Below are positions 1 through 13,221 of a stretch of 64,000 nt of DNA, one piece after another (positions within the stretch are counted from its first letter, which is position 1; each line of letters opens with the position of its first letter). Under the pieces are notes generated by a model. That model did no database searches. It had not been told where the DNA came from and saw only the letters and a list, made by a program, of their open reading frames with translations. This DNA comes from Eledone cirrhosa. Taxonomy: Eukaryota. A program made the translations under genes and the position numbers. The stretch covers positions 328,042,001 through 328,106,000 of the forward strand of contig OZ024743.1 of NCBI GenBank assembly GCA_964016885.1, written 5' to 3'.

Positions 1-350
1 AAAAGGCCTTAAAATTAACCTGTCTAAGACTAAAGTTCTAGTTTGTAGGAAGGAAAATAGGGCGCCGGTCCCATCCGGGAAATGGCCATGCTCAGTGTGT
101 AGGAAAGGAGTAGGTAGAAACTCCATTTTATGTCCCAAATGCAAAGTATGGGTGCATAAAAGACGACAGCTGTATAAAAAAGTGCAGGGTGATAAAAATA
201 AACGGTAGCCACGGAGTAGGCAGACCCAGAAAAACCTGGGACGACTTGATAAATTCCGACCTCACACACTTACACCTCTCCAAGACAATGTCACTGGACC
301 GAGATCTTTGGCGCTACACAGTAATACAGAAGACCCACCTTGCCTAAGTA
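1..350 (+). mobile_element. Degenerate RTE-type LINE 3' fragment
   Basis: Decayed ORF-end remnants (GLKINLSKTKVL; GVGRPRKTW-like at ~215-243), similar to the better-preserved copy at 44534-44820. Other fragments lie at ~9870-10180, 25080-25400, 40400-40800, 46930-47120 (-) and 58770-58950. Confidence 0.65.
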
Positions 351-903
351 CAAAGCGAAACCTACAGTCAGTAGGCACCTCTAACAAAAATACACCCCGT
401 CCCACTACCCCCACCCCATCCACACCGCCCCTTTCAATGTAAAGTTATGTTGGTACCACAACATCCAGTCCGAAACAAATGAGGTTGTGTAGGTGTCACG
501 ACAAAAAAACACACAGTCCACGCTGTAATGTGGCCGTGTAGGTAACACGGTAAAAACCTCCCAGTCCACACTGTAAACGTGGTTGGTGTTAGGAAGGGCA
601 TCCAGCCATAGAAAATCCACCAGACAGTCCTATACGAGCAAGACAACCAATCTGGCCTCAAGTGGGAAAATTTCCGTCCAAACCCATGCAAGCGCGGAAG
701 ATGGACGTTAAACGATGATGATGATGATGATAAACGTGAATGAGATATCATTTTGGGTTACCTTAGTTCAGGTTTGGTATAATCTGTACCGAGGAGTATT
801 TCAGCGTACGGTGGTAGTTGACTCAACAAGATGTTTACTTAGGTTGTTTGAAGAGTGGTTCCCTGAAAGTTCCGTGATCAATGGTTCTTGGAGAAGTTTT
901 AAC

Positions 904-1142
904 AGGTAAAAAGAGGATTAACACAGATAAGTGATATAATAGGGTTTATTTCAAGCATTAACATATATTTCATCACCTGGTTAACAATTGATTCTTGTCT
1001 TGAAATCGCTATTATCAATAATCAATTGACAATTGTGAAAACTTGATTTTAAATACATAAAATAACCCAATGATGAAACATAAGTTAATGCTTGAAATAA
1101 ACCCTATTATATCGCTTATCCGTGTTAATCCTCTTTTTACCT
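904..1142. mobile_element. MITE-like fold-back element with ~63-bp terminal inverted repeats
   Basis: 904-966 aggtaaaaagaggattaacacagataagtgatataatagggtttatttcaagcattaacatat matches the reverse complement of 1080-1142 with 3 mismatches. Confidence 0.75.
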
Positions 1143-1155
1143 ATTATATATATAT

Positions 1156-1487
1156 GGAGGCACATGGCTTAGTGGTTAGAGCATTGGCCTTGCAATCGAA
1201 AGGTTGTGAGTTCAATTCTCAGACCGGGTGATGTGTTGTTTCCTTGAGCAAGACACTTTATTTCACATTGCTCCAGTTTACTCAGCTGTAGAAATGAGAT
1301 GATAGGGACTGGGGTCCCTATCATTCCACTGCAAAGTGGTCATGGAGGTGCCACGGCAAAAAAGCACCCAGCACTCACTGTAAATGAGGTTGGTGTTAGG
1401 AAGGGCATCCAGCTGTAGAATCAGTTCCCGTCCCACCCTTGCAAGCAGGGAAAAAGCGGACGTAAAATGAAATGATGATGATGATGA
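1156..1487 (+). mobile_element. tRNA-derived SINE with RTE-like (GAT)n tail
   Basis: A-box-like tggcttagtgg and B-box-like gttcaattc; 3' end gcggacgtaaaatgaaatgatgatgat; flanked by (TA)n. A close copy lies at 52965-53258. Confidence 0.75.
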
Positions 1488-1929
1488 TATATGTGTGTGT
1501 GTGTGTGTGTATGTATATATATATATAAGGAGCAGGAATGAAGTATCAATATAACATCATTCGAGAATCCACAAATTAAACTCCCTTAACTAAAGATTCA
1601 AAATCAGAACCACAACTGTAGAATATATTTGTCTCCCCTCTCATTAGGGATATTTATAAACTGGCATGAAGACAATATAGGGTCTGAGAGGACTCTTCTC
1701 TCTGGACTATCATGTGACAACCTCTCTGGCAATGGTGTCATGATAAAATACACCTAATCCACTCCGTAAAGTAGCAGTGTTGGTTCTACAAATCAGCACA
1801 CCCAATACAGTCTGTATGGTGGTTGATGTTACGGAGAGCATTCAGCCATAAAAACCATGCCAAATATGGAACATATGAATGAGATGAGGTCACTCTGACA
1901 TGACTGGTGACCGTGACAGTCATCATAAA

Positions 1930-2110
1930 AAAGATGTGACATTTGTTTTAACATTAAAAAGATACATTTGTTGTCATATTAAAAAGATGTGAAATTCACT
2001 GTAACATCAAAAAGATGCGAAATTTGTCGTAACATTAAAAAGATGTAAAATTTGTAATATTAAAAAAATGTAAAATTTGCTGTAACATTAAAAATACATG
2101 TAACATTTGA
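1930..2110. repeat. Degenerate ~30-bp AT-rich tandem repeat
   Basis: Recurrent taacattaaaaagatgtgaaatttg-like unit, about 6 copies. Confidence 0.7.
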
Positions 2111-2386
2111 CAGTTAGTCTCTACTGCTATTACCAAACAATAATTATTCTTCCAATTTAGAAGAGGAACTTCCCTGAAATTCACCTCAAACTTTGATGAA
2201 ACCAGATTCATCTTTAGTGGACAAATATAAGCCATAAAATCCTTATCTCCATAGAGCAGAAGTTGACAAACTGCAGCTCTTTAGCCTTTCTTGAGAGGCT
2301 CTTAGGTAGTTTGAAATATTTTTATATTTTATATTACAGTTCAAAACACATGACCCAGACATTGAAGTAATTTCAGATAATAGTCA

Positions 2387-2744
2387 ACTCTAAAGAGTCC
2401 CAAATACCCAAATAATAGGGGGTAGGCAGTTGGAATAAGCAGGATGTGTGGAATAAGTGGGAGTGGGGTGGAATAAGCGTGTGCGGGTGGGGGGGGGGGG
2501 TAATTTTTCTAGGTTGTCTGTGTTGATTTTTTAAAAACCAGAATTAGTCATTTACCTTACATATTGAGATCCCCAACACTACCTATTTATTTTATAGTGT
2601 ATGAGATTTCCAGTAATGTACTTTTTAGTGTCTAAAGAAAATTAATTGTCGCAGGAATGCTATCACTTAAAATAAAATTCTGCAATTTAATAAGCGAGGA
2701 GGTTGGAATAAGAGCACAGCGGGGGTATTCAAGACCCGAGAGTA
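2387..2744. mobile_element. MITE family with TACTCTCGGGTC-like termini (probable TA target site, Tc1/mariner type)
   Basis: Ends in gacccgagagta. The internal ttaaaaaaccagaattagtcat and aattgtcgcaggaatgctac blocks recur at ~27968-28260, 32669-32765, 33980-34264 and 53733-53919 (-). Confidence 0.65.
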
Positions 2745-3769
2745 AGTTAATATTTTGTTATATGTATTTTTGTTTATAATAAATTATATAACTCTGATAG
2801 TCTCACCTATTTCTTTTTTTTTTTATAAAACGTTTTGTTTGTTTTTTCATATTGAAAACGTTTCCTAGAACTTCTATAGATCAACGTACAAGGATTTCTT
2901 TGTAGGGAGATTAGAATTAGGATTAGAGGTCGGTTAGGGTTAAGGTGATTCTCTCAAAGTCAGCTTCCATTCAAGTCTCATTAACAATATTAATGCAATG
3001 AAAAGGAATGCTAGTGTACTTAACTCTTAATGTCTTGTACTCATCACTAAAACAGGTTTGTCAATTCAAATGTTTATAGTATATTTACTAGTGAACAGAT
3101 CATTGTAAAAATTTGCAGTAAACTAAAGACTTTTAATATGACACAGACACAGTGCTCTTTTGTACTTTTCAGCACTTAATTTCAGTACTTAATTATGAAT
3201 AAAGTTGATGTAGGATAAAGAAAATTCTTTAGTTATGTTGGAGACAACTTCAGTTTCAGTAGAACAACAAAATTTACCTAGTATTTGTTACAAGGTGGTT
3301 GGTGGTATGAAAGATATCCAGTTTATCGAGTATTTGTTATAAGGTGGTTGGTGGTATGAAAGATATCCAGCTGTAAAAACTATGCCAAAAATAAAAAGGA
3401 AGAAACAGAGGCAATGGTATATGAAAGAGTGACCTTTTAGTTTTGTTGTAACTTCCCTGGTGTAACAGTGGTATCATGTTTTTCTGGTGTTGTGTGTGAG
3501 CCAGATGATAAAGAAATATGACAAATGCTGAAATAAGACTAGTCCAACCCATGCCAACATGGTGAAACAAAACTGAGGTAGAACAATAATGATGACAAAG
3601 ATTAACTTGTATGTCATTGACAAGAAGTGGACAACTGAATTAGATAAGAATGAAAATGCAGTTGATAATTCCTGAAAATATTTATATTTGCACAACTGAC
3701 CAACCAACATGAAAAAATCAGAAAAATCCCTTTAACAATTTTTATTGTTTTCAAATTTTGAAAATCATA

Positions 3770-4045
3770 GGCAGTGTCTTTCATTAGAAAGGTTAAAGAA
3801 AAGGTTAAAGACATAGACAGTCTTTCATTAGAAATATTGTAATGGAAGAGTTACATACAGAGGCAGTGTCTTTCATTAGAAATATGGCAATGAAAGGGTT
3901 AAAAACATAGACAGTGTCTTTTGTTAAAAATATGGTAATGAAAGGTTTAAAAACAGGCAGTGATTTTTGTTAGAAATATGGTAATGAAAGGGTTAAAATC
4001 ATAGGCAGTGACTTTTGTTAGAATTATAGTAATGAAAGATTTAAT
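3770..4045. repeat. Tandem repeats derived from a TTAA-MITE terminus
   Basis: About 5-6 copies of ggcagtgtctttcattagaaatatggtaatgaaagggttaa; an inverse-orientation set lies at 9440-9592. Confidence 0.7.
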
Positions 4046-4324
4046 AAAAACCAAATATGTTGAATGAAATACAATATATTTAACTAGTGATGATACATAT
4101 AATGACCTTGATACCTAGAGGACAATGTTGGTTATAATTTAAAATGTAAGGTAGAAGACATATGTCATATACACTTAAGACTAACATTTTCACATGTGCA
4201 AGTGTTGATAAGGTGAAAACATTTTGAACTTTTCATATAAGTTTACATGTATTGTCCTATTTCTTCAGTCTCTTTCATGTGTCAATTAAAAGGTTTTGAA
4301 TTACAAAGCTCTCATAATGTGAAG

Positions 4325-4600
4325 ATATGCTGCCTAGTGCTTAGGGTGTTAGATTTACAATCATAAGGTGAGCTTTATTCTCGAAGCAGATGGCACACTG
4401 TGTTCTTGAGCAAAACACTTCCTTTCACCTTGTTCTAGTCAACTCTGCTGAAAATGAGTAGCAGCAGTAGCTGAGAGTTAAACCTGTGAGGTACTGGTAT
4501 CACATCCAGGGGTAGTATTGTACTCTCGGTTGCTTAATGTCATTGAAAGTGGAATAAAAACCAGCCTGATGAGCCTCTAGGTTTCAAATAGATTTTAACC
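4325..4600 (+). mobile_element. tRNA-derived SINE, MetaSINE-like body with L2-like stem-loop tail
   Basis: tRNA-like head; ttcttgagcaaaacactt...aaaatgagta...acctgtga...atccaggggtagt body; cctgatgagcc...ggc tail. Copies at 21898-22155, 45348-45620, 52260-52508 (-), 37850-38005 (-) and 8320-8462 (-). The family name is from recollection. Confidence 0.65.
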
Positions 4601-6085
4601 TATATTATAATACATTCACATACCACCACACCTAGTGGTGGCAAATTGGCAGTGTTGTTAGAGCATTAGAATAAATATTTCAATATTTTTTATGACCATC
4701 TGTGCTCTGAGTTCAAATCCCACTGAGGACAATTTTGTCTTTCATCCTTTCGGGTTAATAAATAAAGTACCAGTCCAGGTAGCATTGGTAAAGTGTAAAA
4801 GAGAATGCTTTGTGGCATCTAATCTAGCTCTGTAAATTCTGAATTCAAATCACATCTTCTGCCAAGTGTGTCAACCAGCAAATAATAAAGGCAATGGAAA
4901 GACCAATGGAAACATTGTTTCTTTGGTCTAATCTGATAACCAGTTCCTTTCCCCTTTTTTAACCTAACATTTGTGATTCAATATTGGTGATATTATCTCA
5001 TAGACGCACATAAGCCTGTGTTTATGGAATTGTTTATTTATAAAGCCACAACAGAGATCTAAAAGAAAAATCATCATTTTTACATCTTTCATGATGGCAT
5101 GGGTTGAATGAGAATTTTTTGAGGTAGTTTTCCTATAACTAAATGCCATTTCTAATGCTAACCCTTACTTGGTTTTAAATAAGGTACTTGATCTTTATTC
5201 ATTGAAGTGGTGAGCTATGAGACATACTGTTTATGCAGGACATAAACAATTAGCACTGGCTACCCAAGTAGAACCAATGTGAAGAGAAGACATCATCATC
5301 ATCATAATTTTTACGTCTGTTTTTCCATGCTTGCAATAGGTTGGACGGGTCCTTCTCGGCACAGCATCTCTCCACTCACTGCGAGACAAACGTACACACA
5401 CATATATATATGATGCTGATGATGAATGCTTCTGCTTAATTTCCAATGTCTCTGACAAGGTATTCGTCAGTACAAGGCTATTGTAAGAGACACTTGCTCA
5501 CAATACCACACAGTATGAGTAAATCTGAAACCACATGGTTGTGAAACAAACCTTTTAACCTCAGTCATAGTTTAAAAAAGACAACAACAACTAGCCATGG
5601 ACACAATATTAAGAAATGTAGAAAATATTTGATAAAATAACTATTTTTCTCATATAAATTTAGATAATTATTTAAAATGAGTAGATAATTATTTAAAATG
5701 AAGACTGAGTAATGAAGATTGCATGGCAGCTTTAATTTACTGCTATAGCCACATCACCATTGTCTATCACAATTATATCTTCAACAAGGTTTATAATAGC
5801 CCTGGCAACACAATAAAAAACAAATACACAATCTTTTACAACTTAAAACATATGCTTCTACTGGCTCATTCATGTATAATGTTATTACAGCTCACAGGCT
5901 GTAGGTCTAGTGGACCTCCTATGAGATTGTATCTTTTGAGAGGTTTTGGAGATGTTTTAATGACAGGAGGCCTCAGTCCTATCATTGTTGTTACAGCTCA
6001 AACCTATGTAGGGTTAGCTGGCCTCCTACGGGTTTGGATCTCATAGGAGGTTTATTTGGTGTTTTAATGATAGGGAACCAAATCC

Positions 6086-8330
6086 TATCACTGGAATGGA
6101 CATGTGTCTGTTGCTAGGGTTAACCCCCCAGTTATTGTTGGTACTATCACAGGACTGGGTGTGGGTCTATTGCTAGGGTTAAAACCCAGTTATTGTTGGT
6201 ACTATCACAGGACTGGGTATGGGTCTATTGCTAGGGTTAACCCCCAGTTATTGTTGGTACTATCACAGGACTGGGTGTGGGTCTATTGCTAGGGTTAACA
6301 CCCAGTTATTGTTGGTACTATCACAGGACTGGGTGTGGGTCTATTGCTAGGGTTAACACCCAGTTATTGTTGGTACTATCACAGGACTGGGTGTGGGTCT
6401 ATTGCTAGGGTTAACACCCAGTTATTGTTGGTACTATCACAGGACTGGGTGTGGGTCTATTGCTAGGGTTAACACCCAGTTATTGTTGGTACTATCACAG
6501 GAGCGGGTGTGGGTCTATTGCTAGGGTTAACACCCAGTTATTGTTGGTACTATCACAGGACTGGGTGTGGGTCTATTGCTAGGGTTAACACCCAGTTATT
6601 GTTGGTACTATCACAGGACTGGGTGTGGGTCTATTGCTAGGGTTAACACCCAGTTATTGTTGGTACTATCACAGGACTGGGTGTGGGTCTATTGCTAGGG
6701 TTAACACCCAGTTATTGTTGGTACTATCACAGGAGCGGGTGTGGGTCTATTGCTAGGGTTAACACCCAGTTATTGTTGGTACTATCACAGGACTGGGTGT
6801 GGGTCTATTGCTAGGGTTAACACCCAGTTATTGTTGGTACTATCACAGGACTGGGTGTGGGTCTATTGTTAGGGTTAACACCCAGTTATTGTTGGTACTA
6901 TCACAGGACTGGGTGTGGGTCTATTGCTAGGGTTAACACCCAGTTATTGTTGGTACTATCACAGGACTGGGTGTGGGTCTATTGCTAGGGTTAACACCCA
7001 GTTATTGTTGGTACTATCACAGGACTGGGTGTGGGTCTATTGCTAGGGTTAACACCCAGTTATTGTTGGTACTATCACAGGACTGGGTGTGGGTCTATTG
7101 CTAGGGTTAACACCCAGTTATTGTTGGTACTATCACAGGACTGGGTGTGGGTCTATTGCTAGGGTTAACACCCAGTTATTGTTGGTACTATCACAGGACT
7201 GGGTGTGGGTCTATTGTTAGGGTTAACACCCAGTTATTGTTGGTACTATCACAGGACTGGGTGTGGGTCTATTGCTAGGGTTAACACCCAGTTATTGTTG
7301 GTACTATCACAGGACTGGGTGTGGGTCTATTGCTAGGGTTAACACCCAGTTATTGTTGGTACTATCACAGGACTGGGTGTGGGTCTATTGCTAGGGTTAA
7401 CACCCAGTTATTGTTGGTACTATCACAGGACTGGGTGTGGGTCTATTGCTAGGGTTAACACCCAGTTATTGTTGGTACTATCACAGGAGCGGGTGTGGGT
7501 CTATTGCTAGGGTTAACACCCAGTTATTGTTGGTACTATCACAGGACTGGGTGTGGGTCTATTGCTAGGGTTAACACCCAGTTATTGTTGGTACTATCAC
7601 AGGACTGGGTGTGGGTCTATTGCTAGGGTTAACACCCAGTTATTGTTGGTACTATCACAGGAGCGGGTGTGGGTCTATTGCTAGGGTTAACACCCAGTTA
7701 TTGTTGGTACTATCACAGGACTGGGTGTGGGTCTATTGCTAGGGTTAACACCCAGTTATTGTTGGTACTATCACAGGACTGGGTGTGGGTCTATTGCTAG
7801 GGTTAACACCCAGTTATTGTTGGTACTATCACAGGACTGGGTGTGGGTCTATTGCTAGGGTTAACACCCAGTTATTGTTGGTACTATCACAGGAGCGGGT
7901 GTGGGTCTATTGCTAGGGTTAACACCCAGTTATTGTTGGTACTATCACAGGACTGGGTGTGGGTCTATTGCTAGGGTTAACACCCAGTTATTGTTGGTAC
8001 TATCACAGGACTGGGTGTGGGTCTATTGTTAGGGTTAACACCCAGTTATTGTTGGTACTATCACAGGACTGGGTGTGGGTCTATTGCTAGGGTTAACACC
8101 CAGTTATTGTTGGTACTATCACAGGACTGGGTGTGGGTCTATTGCTAGGGTTAACACCCAGTTATTGTTGGTACTATCACAGGACTGGGCGTGGGTCTAT
8201 TGCTAGGGTTAACACCCAGTTATTGTTGGTACTATAATTGGACTGGGTGTGGGTCTATTGCTAGGGTTAACCCCCAGTTATTGCTGGTACTCTAATTGGA
8301 CTGGGTGTGGGTCTATTGCTAGGGTTCACC
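6086..8330. repeat. 58-bp satellite array, about 38 copies
   Basis: Unit actgggtgtgggtctattgctagggttaacacccagttattgttggtactatcacagg; the 2-nt shift per 60-nt line confirms a period of 58. Confidence 0.97.
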
Positions 8331-11300
8331 ACAGCTACTGCTACAGCTGCTGGTATTCATTTAGTTTTCAGCTGAGTGGACTGGAACAACATGAAATGAA
8401 GTGTCTTGCTGAAGGTCGCAATCCAGAAACAGAACCCACGACCTTATGACTATGAGTCTAACATGTCTTTACTCATTTGTAATGAGCCATCATTGTATAT
8501 TGGAAAAGCATTTCAATTTGAATATTCTGGCAAGATTTATCAAGTCCACCATGATAAAATGCACCCAGAGCACTCTGTAAAGTGGTTGGTGTTAGGAAAG
8601 GCATCTAGCCAAAAAAGAAAATGACAAAATGGAACCTATGATCAAGATGTTGACCTCCAACCTGTCTATGAGGGCAGTAACCCTAATTAAGAACCCAGAC
8701 CATAACAACTCATCCAAGCATGTAAAGTGGACATATGATGATGATGATGAGGATGATGATGGTGATTTTTTTAGATATCTTTTCTTTTAGCAGCGCACAG
8801 GCGGACCAAGGAAACTGTTTCTATTGGTCTTTCCAATTGCTGATACTATCTACCAGTCACAACTACTGGCAAAAGGAACAATGTGAAATAAAGTGTCTTA
8901 CTCAAGGACATAACACATCACCCGGCCCAGGAATCAAACTCACAACCTCACAATTGTGAATCCAACTCTCTAACCACTAAACCACATGCCTTCACTAAAT
9001 AAATATAAACTATTTAAGATAAACAGTTTTGTATCATAAAACCAGAAGCAATTTGGTATTCAAAGTGTTAATGAAATTTTAAGACAGTGTACTATCAAGG
9101 GCGTGTGACTTTATCTTATAACCATATATGATTGACCACTGTAGGAGCAGTAAAGTTGGACCATATATTAAATACTGTCGGGGCACTGAAAGGCCTTCTG
9201 TAGTGCAGATATGGATGTGTGGATAATTTATTTTGCAACCATCTAGTTTCAGGTTTGATCCCACTATGTGGCACACTGGGTAAAAGTGACTTCCACAACA
9301 GCAGTAGTTCAACAAAAGACTTGTAAGTATAATTTGGTGACAGAAAGGGTGTGGAAGCTTGTTGGAGGAACCATTCCAGTCTGTCACTGGTAATCTTAGT
9401 GTGTCCCCTGGTTTAATTATCATATGTTTTAAGAAAGACACTGCCTATGTCTTTCTTCCTTTCATTACCATATTTCTAATGAAAGACTGCCTATATCATT
9501 AACCCTTTCGTTACCATATTTCTAATTAAAGACACTACCTATATCATTAACCCTTCTATTACCATATTTCTAACAAAAGACATGTCTTTAACCCACAACC
9601 AATTTCTTCCAGATAGAAGAGCCTTCCCTTCCCTCCAACACAATGGACTGATAGTTCATTTATTGACCTTGAAAGGACAAAAGACATAGCTGACCTCAGA
9701 ATGTAAAGAGCTGGAACAAATACTGCAATGAATTCTATCAGATGCTATAATAACTGTACAATTCACTGCCTTGTAATTGCTACCAGTTATTCAAATCTTC
9801 TAACAATATTCTAGTGTTTCCACTGTTTCTAGAGCTGAATATCTTAAATACTGGAGACATAAATGACAGAGAATCAGATGAGTTAAATGAAAACATGGGC
9901 ATAAGAAAAATCAAATGCTGTGTGCAAGAGAGTAGATTGCACTGGTATGGACATGTGATGCTTATGGATGATGGTTGTTGGGTGAAGTAGTGTTAGGAGT
10001 TTTAAGTGGAAGGAAGCTGCAGTAGAGGAAGAACGAGAGAAACCTGGGCAGAAGTGGTGAAAGTTGATTCCAGATAGCTGAAAAACATAAAGGAGATGAT
10101 AAAGAAAGACAGGAAGTGGAGGAAAGCTCTACTGAAGAAGAGACAATCAGCCCATGTAAGCATAGAAAGGAAAGCTTTAAAATAATGTAAAAGTAATATA
10201 TCACTAGTCTTGGTTGTTTAGATTAACAAAAGTTAACACCAAATTAACCAAATTAGTATAAAAAGTTTTTTTTTAATTATTTTTTACAAATAGAACTAAT
10301 ACAAGCTGGTGTCAAACAAGAGTTGGGAGGACCTTTCAGTTGTGTCAAGGACATGACAGCTTCCCTAGTGTTTGGTGGTCTACTTGATAAACACATCCAG
10401 TACCTACTGTAAAGTAGTTGGTGATAAGAAGAGCATCCAGTTATAGGAAGCTTGCCAAATAAATGGTTGGCAGGGCCCTTCAGTTGCGTCAAAGACATGA
10501 CAACCTCTCTTGTGCTGGTGCTCTCGGTAGAATGTGAGACCATATGTAAGCAAGATGCAGACCCCCAGCTTGTCTGAGAGGTCAGTAGTCGCGCTTTAGT
10601 ACTTACTTTGGTCTATGAAGACCCATCCAACCCTAGCTAGCAGGGAAAGCAGACTTTAAACGATGCTGGTGGTGATGATGAAGTATATTATACAACAGAT
10701 GATTTTACAAAATATATCGGTAATTTTTGTTATAGTTGATAAAATACATTTCAGTAATATACTAGTGTCAACTTAACAACATTCTCTATGAAAAAAAAAA
10801 ATCATGGTTTTACGATATAATCTGGTTATTTTAAAGTGCTTATATTTCTTGCCACTAAGAAATCAATATGTTAAAGAAACATAAAATCGAGAACATTTCT
10901 TTTATTAGAAGAATTCCATTTGCAGCTGTAGTGAGTGGGTGGAGAAGAGATGTGATATCAAATGTGAGAAATTGAAAGATATACATGATCCTCATCAAAC
11001 AAAAACATTCAGTCAATATTAAACGACATGCTTGTTTAGTTGGCTTCTCAAATTCTGATTATTTTTCCAACAACCAGTTTCCTAACAAGTTCCGTGACAC
11101 TGTTGTCGTCTTTTAACTAATTACATGACTGATGATAATACTGCCACTAGTAAACTTGTTACCCGTCAACCAAAACTCCACCTTCACCGCCCACGTAAAC
11201 TGATATAACAAAAACAAGGAGCTGGCTGGCTGATAAAGCCCTCTTTGAAGAATAATTCAAAAGAAAAGGTGATTTATACACTTAGAGATGAAAATATGAA

Positions 11301-12635
11301 AAATTAGAATGACTAATATTGGTAGAGCAGATGGAATTCAGGTCACCCATCTATCGATTAGTCGGCCTCAATCGGAAATGCATATAACTACTCATAGCAA
11401 GGGGAACATTATTTTAAAATAACAAGGAATGAAAATTCGATTACGATTTTGGCTAAAATGATTTTTACTTGGAAACAGGAAATGAGAATCAGCGGTAGAG
11501 ATACATTTTCTACGTAGCATCAGGTATCTGATAGCTATATCAAATATAATAGAAAAACTACTACATTTTTGATTATATATATACATTCATAATTTAGTTC
11601 CACGTCTCTTATAACGACCAACACACCATATATAACCTTCATCTAATAACAAAGGTTAGAATGACACGACTATCGGAAAAGTGAAATTTACTCAATATTT
11701 TTTTTTTTTTTTTCACCTTGTATTTTTACACAGGGGTAAGTAAAGTTTATAAAAAATAAAAATGTTGTGTCCCCATAAACCGGGGACAGATTATGAAGGT
11801 TTAGTTATTACAGCCTGGGACGTTTTAAAAACATTATTTATAATACAATATGGATTTCACATCCTAACAGGTTGGGGTATGGTTAAAAAGGCTGGCTGAA
11901 AATTTTGAAAGGTAAAAAAAAAATAAAAGACACTTTTATCCACATTCGAAACAACAAAACCACACAAAAATTTAAAATCGAACGAAGAAAATCAAAACAC
12001 CATTTTTATTATGTTTAATTGCTCAAAGGTCCCGATTAGTATCATCATTAAGAGATGACAGTTCAGGGCTGTCCTCCTCAGAAGGGAACCCACAACACAC
12101 ATCGATAAAGAAAATCGATTTAAAAAATGTGTTAAAGTTGGTGAGTTGGTAGGTGTTAGAGAACAATCCACCTTAAACACCGTTAAATAGCAGCAAATCG
12201 AGGACATTGTCCAGGTTTACCTATGAAGCAAAGTATAACGGACAAAATAGACAGGAATTAACGAGGTGTTGCTTATTACTGAAACACTAGTAATTAATTA
12301 GGTGATCTCAACAGAGCAAATCAATTAAATTCGGAGAGAGAGATTAGCATAATATAGCTGTAATAGAGAGTCGAGTTCCTCTGAGTACAAGTACGAAATA
12401 GAAATAACCATTATATATATATAGGTGTGTGTGTGTATATATATATATAGAGAGAGAGAGAGATATAGATAGGTAAATATACACGGGTGTGTATGATTGT
12501 GTATAGAAGATTATATTAATAAGAGGAATTCCAACTTTGTCTGATTTACTCGTTTTATTTACAATCCTTTAAAATATATATAATATGGTATTATAATGAA
12601 ATAGTATGATAGAATATTAAATTCTAAGTGTTAAT

Positions 12636-12674
12636 TGAACAAGTACTTTCATGCTTTCGCAATCTTCAGGTTCA
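12636..12674 (-). ncRNA. Minimal type-I hammerhead ribozyme motif
   Basis: Minus strand reads UGAAC-CUGAAGA-U UGC GAAA GCA U-GAAA-GUAC-U-U-GUUCA: 5-bp stem I, intact core, GNRA-capped stem II and palindromic stem III (AGUACU). Confidence 0.75.
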
Positions 12675-13177
12675 TGATATGTGGTGACAGTCGAGTTTGC
12701 AATTTTCAATATATATATAGGAACACAGACACACAATAAAACTTTGCAAATAATGTAGGTAAACGTGAAAAACATTTGTTTATCCGAGATGAGTCCTAAT
12801 CATGTAAACCTATGATCAAAGGTGCTCCAGTCACAGCCACCACATTTTTCCGCATGCAAGGTGCACCTGCGACTACATTATCCAATCTCGGTACTAGTTC
12901 TAGTAGGGCAAGTAGACGACCAAGGAACAGCGATCTTTACACTTAAAAGCCAATGTTAGTTTAGAAGTAGAGGAGAAAGCAACCGTTTTTGCATGGTTAG
13001 CTAAACGTTAAATACAACACAACAGTCTAAATATGGCTTTTTACATAGAGATGGCTTTATTATAAAGACTTCGCTTCGAGAATATGTTACCTGAAAATTT
13101 TAATTCATATGAAATTTATATTCCAATGCGAACAGTTAAATATATTTGGAAATGTATAGTTTTCATTAGACAAAGTA

Positions 13178-13221
<44 letters not shown>

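Noticed and set aside
1156-1230. tRNA gene
   Set aside because: A and B boxes are present but there is no full cloverleaf; it continues into a SINE body and is multi-copy.
2161-2305. AG...GT-bounded, exon-looking segment on the + strand
   Set aside because: Stops in all three frames and no recognisable protein; it could only be a non-coding exon, which I cannot support.
6086-8330. CRISPR-like appearance of the regular arrays (also 60162-64000)
   Set aside because: Units are head-to-tail with no unique spacers, there are no cas genes, and the context is eukaryotic.
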